A stretch of 19,009 bases of DNA, taken from contig NW_021824375.1 of assembly GCF_006345805.1 (NCBI RefSeq), forward strand, positions 1 to 19,009. Direction: 5' to 3'. Numbering within the stretch: position 1 is the first letter of the stretch; every line of letters starts with the position of its first letter. Both the position numbers and the translations under genes were made by a program. Source of the DNA: Octopus sinensis (lineage: Eukaryota). The notes beneath the pieces were generated by a model. It did not search any database and was not told the origin of the DNA. It saw only the letters and a program-made list of their open reading frames with translations. Positions 1 to 8,326 of the stretch are shown one piece after another.

Positions 1-571
1 CACACTCTAATATAATATTATATTGCTAATATATTTTCAGATACTCTATCTTCTAATTAGCCTTCAGATTAAATTAAATAACGTTTAAATTTAATAACGT
101 CTAATTAGCCTAAGATTAAATTAAATAACGTTTAATATTAATAACGTCTAATTAGCCTTAAGATTAAATTAAATAACGTTTAATATTATAACGTCTAATT
201 AGCCTTAAGATTAATTAAATAACGTTAATATTACCCACACTCTAATATAATATTAATATTGCTAATATATTTTCAGATACTCTATCTCCAATTAGCCTTA
301 AGATTAAATAACGTTTTTTTTTTTTACCCACACTCTAATATAATATTAATATGCTAATATTTTCAGATACTCTATCTCCTAATTAGCCTTAAGATTAAAC
401 AATGTTTTCATCCACACTCTAATATATTATTAATATTGGCTAACATTTTCAGATACTCTATCCCCTAATTAGCCTTAAGATTAAATAACGTTTTACCCAA
501 ATAACGTTTTTACACAAACTTTAATATTGTTAATATTTCTTTTTCAAGTACTCTATCTTCTAATTAGCCTT
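1..571. repeat. AT-rich hierarchical tandem array upstream of the CR1 LINE
   Basis: Long units starting cacactctaat at 1, 236, 329, 413 and a degenerate one near 513; within the first, a ~47-bp subunit (ctaattagccttaagattaaattaaataacgt...) repeats at about 53, 101, 148 and 195. The left end runs off the window. Confidence 0.9.
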
Positions 572-679
572 AATATCTTCCTGTCTTCTCTCGAACATAA
601 TTAGATAGATAAACGGATAGACGGATTATCCCAGCAGTCAGAGCATTGGAGACGTGACGAGCTGGATTTATTCGCGAGC

Positions 680-1534
680 ATGGGAGTGCGCCGGCGGAGA
701 TAGCCCTAGCGAGGTGATTGCGGTGCTGCTGAAGAGCAGAGGCTACAAGAGGACGGCAGCTCAGATGGAGCGAAAGACAGGAATTCGTGCGCTCATATGC
801 GCTTGTACGGTCGCACATTGGCGCACTTGATCCATCTTTGAGAACGAGCGGGGCAAAGATGGCAAGAATGGAGACGATGAAAGAAGTCACCCCCACCTGG
901 TGGACGCCCGGGAGGAGGTCTTGAATGAGAAACCTGCCCGGAAGTGAACCCAGGTGCAAGTTCTCCAACCGGCAGCAATGGCCATGGAGACGGAGAACCC
1001 GGTGAAGAGGTAGAGGGAGGAAGAAGAACTAAAAGAAGGACTGGAAGAGCTAAAGGAAAAGAAAAAGCTCAAGCAGGACCAAAGAGTGAAACAACCAGAA
1101 ATAGAAGTGGAACCGCAAGGATGGAACCAAACAGCGCACACGGGTGTGTATGTTCTACCTGAGAGGTTCCTGCTGCATGGAAAGGAGGTGCAGGCTGCCG
1201 CTTTGCACATCGGGGACCCTGCCACAGAGACACGAGGCAGATGGACAAACCATCAACACAAAGAAAAGGGATGGACCACGCACACCTGCCCAAACGGAGG
1301 TACGCAGATGTTGTGCGCGCCACAAACAGCCAACATGATGTTGTCGAAAGAGCAGCTGCTGAGCAACAATCTTTTTTGTGCATGGCACAAAAGATTGTAC
1401 AGCAGCTGACCTGGCTTCATCAAACCCAAGCCCGCAGGTGGGACTACCCACTATATACCAGACCACCACAGCAAACAGACACAGGATGGACACCGCCGGC
1501 AACAACGTACACCTCACCTCGATACTCCTACTGA
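680..1534 (+). pseudogene. LINE ORF1, frameshifted; charged/coiled-coil-like segment then CCCH zinc finger
   Basis: Joining frames across 1144-1215 gives VCMFYLRGSCxHGKGGAGCRFAH (C-x7-C-x8-C-x3-H), continuing in the 1241-1534 frame to TGA. The start codon is not resolved. Confidence 0.6.
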
Positions 1535-4467
1535 ACATCAGAGGACTGCAAACACTCAGTAGCAGGACAAAGATCCCGTTCCTGAGAGACTTTGTTGCAT
1601 GCAATCAAGCCATATGCATAGCACTTACAGAAACGCACCTGAAACCGGACATAGCAGATGCGGAGTTACACATACCACAGTATGCTGTACTACGGACCGA
1701 CAGGAAAGAAAGGAGTCATGGAGGTGTTGTGCTATGTACAATCCGTGAGGACCTCACACCCCAGGTCCTCTGTCATACTCAAACTCGGTGTGTGACACCA
1801 CTAATTGTACATATTAAGCAACTTGATGTAGTTGTGTGTGCTACATATCGCCCTCCAGATGCCCCGCCATGTGGGCAAGTTTGAAGACTGCCTTAAAAAA
1901 TAGAAGAATTCTAACCACATTAGAACAACACATAGGTGTGCTTCTTATGGGAGACTTCAATCTGCCCAATGTCAGATGGCCCGAGGGCCTTTCTCTCCCA
2001 GGAATGACAAGATGTGAACGAGGACAGGCGAGGTCCCTCCTGAACCTCATCAACACCCTGTACATGGAGCAGGTAATACTCCAACCAACCAGGGCAGGTA
2101 CCACTGGATCTCTGCTTCACAAATGACATGGATCTCATCCATAATGTGAAAGTGACACCGACACTACTCTCGGATCACAACATGATAGAGCTGACCATGT
2201 ATGGGCCAAAAGAGAGCACAGACATGCAGCCTACAAGAAACCTCAAAATCTTTCCAGCTTGAACTACCATAAGGCAAACTGGAAACAAATTGAGAAAGAG
2301 ATCCTCAACAAAACTGGCCTAAATGTCTCTCCTCGCCAGACATCGACGTGAAACTTCAACATTCATGTCTGTAATGCAAGCCATATGCTACAAATGTGTC
2401 CCAGAGAGAAAGGCCACTGTACACAAGAACAAATCCCCAGAGAGAGGAAAATTTTAATGAGACGGCGTACGAAATTTTCAAATCGCCTAAACAAACAGAT
2501 TGAAAGCAGTGAAAAGTCCCGCCTAAAAAAAACTGTTGGAAATCGAAAAATGTCTGCAACTCTCCCATGAAAAAGAAAGAGCAGACAAAGAAGCCTGGGC
2601 TATAGAAAACATAAAATCTAACCCCAGAGCTTTCTACAGGTATGCCAAAGAAACAGCTACAGTGCACTGTAGAATAGGGCCACTCCTCGAAAAGGATGGC
2701 ACACTTACAGCAAAACCAATGAGGGTAAGTGAAATACTGAATGAGCAATTCAAGAGTGTTTTCACTCCACCCCTTGGGCATCTCCAAATCACCAATCCAA
2801 CTGACTTTTTTACCACTGCAGATATAAAATCAGAGGCGGCGACGATAGATTACATCGATATAAAGGAAGACGATGTAACCAAGGCTATAGATGAATAAAA
2901 CAGACTCAGCTACTGGCCCCGATGGATTCCCGGCAATCCTCCTAAAAGCATGTAAGACAGTCCTAGCAAGACCACTGCAGTTCCTCTTCAGAGCTTCCTT
3001 GCAGCTGGCAAACTTCCAGGAAAACTGAAGGAAGGTAAAATATGCCCCATTCATAAAGAGGTAGCAGAGCGGAGCCAAGAACTATAGACCTATCTCTCTG
3101 ACCTCACACATCAGCAAGGTCATGGAACGAATAGTCAGAAGAAGCTGATCACCTTCCTTGAAGAGAATGACTTGCTGCCCGACACCCAACATGGTTTCCG
3201 ACCAGGGAGAAGCTGTTTAACTCAGCTCCTACAACACTATGACTGGGTGCTGAAACGGCTGCTCAACCACTCAAATGTGGAAGTGATATATCTCGACTTT
3301 GCAAAGGCCTTTGATAAAGTCGATCATGGAATGATATGTCACAAACTGCGTGATCTCAACATAGTTGGAAAACTGGGAGAATGGCTTCATGACTTTCTGA
3401 AGGATAGAAGTCAGGTGGTAGTAGCCAATGGGGCCACCTCCATTAACACACAAATAGTGAGCGGTGTTCCGCAGGGCACTGTTCTGGGACCACTACCGTT
3501 CATAATGGCCCTCTCAGACATGCCCTCAGCCACGCAGAGAGCCACGATCACAGGTTATGCAGATGATACAAAAGTTTCACAGGCAATACAGAACCCTGAG
3601 GACACTAAACACCTGCAATGTGAGCTGGACGAAATATACAAGTGGGCTGAAAAGAATAGCATGCAGTTCAATGCTGGAAAGTTTCAAGCTTTATACTATC
3701 AGCATGCAAAACTGAATGCAATACCCAATGAATACACTGGACCCGGAGGGATTGCAATCCCAGAGGCACAATCAGTGCGTGACCTGGGTATTCACATGAG
3801 TGATGACGCGACCTTTCATGTACATGTTGCTAAACTGACAATGAAATGTAGACGGCTGGCTGGATGGATTCTTAGAACCTTTAGAACAAGAGAACAAAAA
3901 ACCATGATGGTCCTCTGGAAGACACTTGTCCTAAGCAACTTTGACTATTGCTCTCAGCTATGGTCACCATCCAGTGTCAAATTGATCACAGAACTTGAGG
4001 CGATCCAACGAAGCTACACAAAGAAGATAGCCTCTATGCAGAATGTAAGCTACTGGGAAAGACTCAAGAGATTAAAATTATATTCCCTGGAGCGTAGGCG
4101 GGAAAGATATGCCATAATATACATCTGGAAGATCCTGGAGGGAAGTGTCCTGAACTTTGGCATCGAGAGTTACGCAAATGCCAGAACTGGGCGCCACTGC
4201 GTGGTGCCTAGGACTCCAAACCTGCCATCAAGATGTAGGACAAGATTCTGTGATAGCCTGGGCTTCCGAGGCCCACAGCTCTTCAATATCCTCCCGAAGA
4301 ACCTGAGAGACCTGCATGGGGGGGATACAGATGTCTTTAAAATGAAGCTGGATCTCTTCCTGTCAGGTGTCCCAGATGAACCAACTTCACGGCAGGAGGG
4401 GCAGATGAGGGCAGCTGCATCGAACTCTCTCATGCACCAAATAGCAGTTGCTAGAAAGCCTCCATGA
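1486..4467 (+). pseudogene. LINE ORF2 (APE endonuclease + reverse transcriptase), frameshifted in its 5' half
   Basis: ATG at 1486 (MDTAGNNVHLTSILLLNIRGL); consecutive ORF-track pieces 1378-1884, 1836-2126, 2385-2570, 2536-2898; uninterrupted 431-aa RT/C-terminal frame 3172-4467. Confidence 0.92.
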
Positions 4468-4535
4468 AGTGAAACCAAGTAGCAACACCAAATGGCGGTG
4501 CCCCAGCATGGCCACAGCTCATAAGCTGAAACTAG

Positions 4536-4558
4536 AATCAATCAATCAATCAATCAAT
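4536..4558 (+). repeat. (AATC)n 3' tail of the CR1 LINE
   Basis: aatc x5 plus aat about 70 bp after the ORF2 stop; CR1-clade elements end in short tandem repeats. Confidence 0.85.
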
Positions 4559-4703
4559 ATATAAATATGTATATAAATATATATATATAAATATGTATAT
4601 AAATATATGTATATAAATATGTATATAAATATATATACATAAATATGTATATAATATATACATATATGTATATATAAATATGTATATATAAATATGTATA
4701 TAT
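4559..4703. repeat. Compound AT-rich microsatellite (ATATAAATATGT-like)
   Basis: Direct reading of the sequence. Confidence 0.95.
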
Positions 4704-5130
4704 ATGATGTATATTTGCCAGTGGCTACAAACTACACTAGCATCCACCCTTAGGGGTTAGCCATATTCAAATGGCAAATATACGTCACGATGTGTTGCCG
4801 CTATTGTTAATAACTCGCTTTGAGATTTATCATTGTTTGATTTCACTTTTTCAATATCAGTGTCAATCGATACTGGAAAAAGTATATGTATTTGTGAGGG
4901 GAACTGACTTCTCGTCGACAACTATGATTGTCACACGCCGATGATAGGTCATTGCCTTGAAACTCGAGTCCGTGTGTATGAGTTGAAGAAGGGAAGGATG
5001 ACTTCCCTTCACAAATACTGATAGGGCACAGAAAGTGTGTCTATAGCCAGCTGGAGGAGGTGTCTTCCTGGGGCTACAGTAGCATCCACCCTTAGGGGTT
5101 AGCCATATTCAAATGGCAAATATACGTCAC
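4704..5130 (+). mobile_element. Non-autonomous hammerhead-bearing element (retrozyme/Penelope-associated): 342-bp unit plus 51-bp direct repeat
   Basis: 4738-4788 is identical to 5080-5130; an inverted copy of the 3' end lies at 4705-4720; hammerhead at 4932-4976; extensive self-complementarity; TA repeats on both sides; no ORF. Confidence 0.75.
4932..4976 (+). ncRNA. Minimal type I hammerhead ribozyme
   Basis: Stem I cacacg (4932-37)/cgtgtg (4971-76); core CCGATGA (4938-44, U4C variant); stem II agg/cct with loop; GAAA (4959-62); stem III within palindrome ACTCGAGT; GUC cleavage triplet 4968-70. Confidence 0.85.
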
Positions 5131-5169
5131 TATATATATATATGTGTGTATATATATATATGCACGAGA

Positions 5170-5719
5170 GTGAATTGTGATGTCGTAGGTGAGAAATGTC
5201 TATATGGCTGATGGTTCACTTGCAAAGAGAGAGGTTTGGAGATGCCACTATGAAAGGTTGCTAAATGTCGACCCAACAGAGGGACCAGCCATCCGAATTG
5301 ACAGTATCTTGGTAGATAAAGTAATCAAGAGTATGAAGGCAGGGAAAGCCCCTGGCCCATCAGGAATCACTGCAGATATGCTTAAAATATCTGGCAGTGT
5401 CGGCTATAGCCTAGTCACCCGTATAGTTAACCAGGTGATACACGAAGGAGTCATACCCAATGACTGGTGTAGCAGCATAATAGTCAACTGCTACAAAGGT
5501 AAAGGTGATGCTCTAGATACAAATAATTACAGAGGTATCAAGTTGCTGGATCAAGTAATGAAAGTCACGTAGAGGGTCATAGCCCAACTAATTAGGGAGA
5601 GAATCAGTTTAAATGAGATGCAGTTTGGCTTCGTGCCAAGGGAAAAGCACTACTGATGCTATATTTCTGGTAAGACAGCTGCAGGAGAAATACTTGGCCA
5701 AAGATAAACCTCTGTACCT
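5170..5719 (+). mobile_element. RTE-clade LINE internal fragment (linker and RT N-terminus)
   Basis: Encodes MKAGKAPGPSGIT...IPNDW..SIIVNCYKGKGDALDTNNYRGIKLL...MQFGF...STTDAIFLVRQLQEKY; homologous in reverse orientation to about 18370-18870. Confidence 0.9.
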
Positions 5720-5769
5720 ATTTACATGTTTTCTAACTAGTCAGATAGGAGGGGGAAAAAGAAGGGGGT

Positions 5770-5915
5770 GGATAATTTTTACTTGGCTTTAATGGTTCAG
5801 TGAAAGAGACTGATAGAATAAGGAGCAGCCTTGAAAAAATTAATTACAGGGATCGATTTATTTAAGTAAAACCTTCAAGAAGGTGCCCAGGTCAGCCCCA
5901 CTCAAACAACTGCAA
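5770..5915 (+). mobile_element. Degenerate SINE 3' part ending in an A-rich tail
   Basis: gagactgatagaataag...gatcgattta...ccttcaagaaggtgccc...A-run; resembles cephalopod SINE sequence as I recall it, not verified. Confidence 0.45.
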
Positions 5916-5985
5916 AAAAAAAAAATCAACCTTCCGTGCATGCCCAGGGACAAGATTGAACTCATTATCAGGATGCTTCTATATT

Positions 5986-6470
5986 GCTTGCTATTGTCTC
6001 CACCCACAAGACGATTGAGACAACAGCAATAGCTAGTTTGAAAATGATGTATTTAAACCTATCCGACTAATGTAATCAATAACCAATCATTAGAATAGAT
6101 TTAAATATCCACAAAGCCTATTGCTACTCCACTGTCTTGTTTGTCACCTTTGGTGACAAACAAGACACTGGGGTAGATGGAGTTTTCAATCTCAGGTAGG
6201 GATTAGTGATATGATCTCATTTAGTTTTATTTTTCTCTAATAATGTTCGTCCTTCGGTTTCGAAGATGACCATTGACGTCATTTGGTGGAATTTTCTCTA
6301 GAAATGTGTTAAAAGGGGGGAAGAAGAAAAAACACAATCAGTATAGGTCATGGGTGAAGATTGATCTTTTGTCCAAGAGGTATATGTGTTGCTATGTCTG
6401 TATGTCTTTACCCACAGGACCGTTGAGACAATAGCAATAGCTAGTTTAAAAATGATATATCTAAATCTTA
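5986..6470. repeat. Structured ~408-bp unit with a diverged ~75-bp terminal direct repeat and long hairpins
   Basis: gagacaa(c/t)agcaatagctagttt.aaaatgat at 6017 and 6425; hairpins at 5988-6029 and 6124-6176. Confidence 0.6.
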
Positions 6471-6720
6471 TATAAAAGCTTTTTGATGTGGTGGTGATCA
6501 TGGTTTTCTGTGACTTTAGTAATATTTGAGGGGAGAATGTGAAATGCTCCAGAACACAACATGCTACCCGATTCAGTAATTGATCTCACAGCCTTAAGAA
6601 GCTCTGGACACCTCAATCATATATAGCAACAATAATAATCTTCCTCTTTTGGTAAAACATTACAAACTGCTTTCTATATTAATTTATGCTTGTGTAATAT
6701 CCTATATGCATGTTTTGCAG

Positions 6721-6869
6721 CCTTGAAAATTTACCCATCTGATGTACCAACTCTTTTACGGCGGGCTCAAACAAGAAGACAACTGGGAAAATACGACTTG
6801 GCTTTTACTGATTATAAATATGCAATAATGTTAATGACCAGCAAAAAATCAAAATTTAAAGATTCATAA
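6721..6869 (+). CDS. Exon encoding one TPR motif, probably the last coding exon of a TPR-repeat gene (or a gene fragment)
   Basis: Acceptor ttttgcag at 6713-6720; phase-1 reading ALKIYPSDVPTLLRRAQTRRQLGKYDLAFTDYKYAIML fits TPR spacing (A..P..LLRRA..LG.Y..A..DY); TAA at 6867-69 overlaps AATAAA at 6868-73. Confidence 0.6.
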
Positions 6870-7870
6870 TAAAATATTTTACAGAATGTTCTGACATTTC
6901 TCCCACTATTTATTTATGGTATGACTTTCCTCTTTTAAAAAGAGAATATTTGATCATGGATCTATTTGACAAGCATTGATCTTGAGTATAACATCTTCAA
7001 GCAATTATGTTGTAAAATTTCTGCTTTTCTCTCAGGGGAACATTTTAGTCAGAAATCTCATGATAAAGTTACCAATAGTAAAATTTTGGAAATGATAACT
7101 CCTGTAATAATGAAACCCTATGATAAGAAATCGTCTTTAGAACACACATATACTACAATAGGAACTTTCAAACCCAAGTTTCTTAAATGAAAATACAAAA
7201 AGCTGGGATCATCACAGCTAGAACCCTTTTGTTCATAAGCTTGCTGGGAGTGAGCATCTCTACTAAACTTGGTTTCGTCTATTTTCCTATTGTCCTAACC
7301 TGAAAAATAACTAAAAGAAAAGAAAAAAATACCCAACAATCACAAAACTGTTTGACAAAGATTAACAAATGGATTAGTGAATAGATTTATTCTTTAACAG
7401 ATTTTTTTGCTTCGTCTATTTACACTGAAAAAGATTTCAGATTAGTTTAGCAAAATGCTTTTTTCTTTTTTTTCTTTTTGCATAACATTCACAATTTCTG
7501 TAAAATATTGTTATAGAATATAACATAATTTATAGTGGATTTCTAAACTTCTTTCAGTTAATATACATTTTAAATCCAAAGGAAAATTCTATAACAAAAA
7601 GTTTATCAGGTTTTCAACATCTGAAACAAAAAGAAAAAAAATGCCTCTTAAATGACCCCAGAATTATTGGTTCTGCTGGGTTAAAAACCATAGGAATTTG
7701 TTTCCTTGCTTTTGATTTACTTTCAAACCTTGTAATTTAACACTTCTCGGATATTCTTAGAAGAGAACATGATTTAAACAATTTTCCAAATTCTCTAAAA
7801 TCAATTTTTTTTTTTTTTTAACCCTTGAAATTTCATGAAAGGCAAAACTGAAAAAGGAAACAAAAGTTAA

Positions 7871-7876
7871 TTTATT
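7871..7876 (-). promoter_or_regulatory. Candidate polyadenylation signal of the ZC3H11A-like gene
   Basis: AATAAA on - about 160 nt after the stop; the region is AT-rich, so a chance match is possible. Confidence 0.3.
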
Positions 7877-8035
7877 TTGAATTTTACCTTTCATACATAA
7901 GTGTCAAGAAAAGAATCAAATGGTAAAATGATGAGAATGTAAAAAGTGTTTTTTCAGAATGGAAATATAATGAAACCTAAAAATGGAGTGTGTAATGTAT
8001 AGCCTTAATAATGATGTTGAGGGGGACTGGAAGTG

Positions 8036-8153
8036 TCATTGACTGGCTAACATTTCTTCCAGTTGACGTAACACATCATCATCATCTTCTATAGAATTAG
8101 CTTCAGTTATATTTTCAGTAACATCTTTCAAGTCATCGTCATCTTTCAAGAAA
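8036..8153 (-). CDS. ZC3H11A: ZC3H11A-like protein, last coding exon
   Basis: Acceptor ttttgacag, phase 2 matching the previous exon; SFLKDDDDLKDVTENITEANSIEDDDDVLRQLEEMLASQ* resembles the acidic ZC3H11A C-terminus (DDLLLELSEMIDS). Confidence 0.75.
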
Positions 8154-8326
8154 CTGTCAAAAAAATACAAAAAATGCATAAAAAAAAGGAAGACATACAG
8201 ATTGTCAAATATTAGATTTTTTATAATTAATAACATATTTCTTACAATAATGTTAAAAAAACTTAATTCTCAAATTTCTAAAAATTGAAATACAAAACTT
8301 TCTAATATGTCCTGAACAAAATACTA

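Larger units (their letters stand above)
572..4558 (+). mobile_element. Near full-length CR1-clade non-LTR retrotransposon (LINE)
   Basis: Overlapping ORF1 and ORF2; APE motifs (LLNIRGL, IALTETHL, TYRPP, MGDFNLP, LSDH); CR1-type RT motifs (QHGFRPGRSCLTQLL, YLDFAKAFDKVDH, SGVPQGTVLGP, YADDTK, W..NSMQFN); short 3' UTR ending in (AATC)n. The 5' boundary is uncertain and may include the 1-571 array. Confidence 0.92.

Noticed and set aside
623-656. Inr/DPE-like internal promoter (cagtc ... agacgtg) at the LINE 5' end
   Set aside because: The spacing does not fit the +28 DPE rule.
1144-1225. Link between the LINE CCCH finger and the neighbouring ZC3H11A-like gene, or a ZBED6-like domesticated transposon in its introns
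   Set aside because: The host zinc-finger exons are outside the window, there is no evidence of capture, and no hAT transposase ORF is present.
570-4541. Minus-strand ORFs over the CR1 element
   Set aside because: They are antisense shadows of ORF1 and ORF2 with no recognisable motifs.
4550-4747. Ile/Tyr-rich ORFs here and at 15542-15745 and 13827-14084
   Set aside because: They are translations of AT-rich microsatellites.
4704-5130. MITE or Helentron/DINE-1 interpretation of the inverted ends
   Set aside because: It does not explain the exact 51-bp direct repeat or the hammerhead, and no 3' stem-loop follows the right end. It is disfavoured rather than excluded.
6245-6295. gaagatgac...gtcat and cgaaac (minus) as a hammerhead
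   Set aside because: CUGANGA and GAAA are not both present in the right order on either strand.
6561-6720. MLPDSVIDLTALRSSG upstream of and in frame with the TPR exon, resembling the TOMM34 N-terminus, with a possible 69-bp intron at 6652-6720
   Set aside because: Three in-frame stops lie between them and the similarity is too short to support.
6966-7190. 74-aa ORF
   Set aside because: It has a TTG start, no motif and lies in probable 3' UTR sequence.
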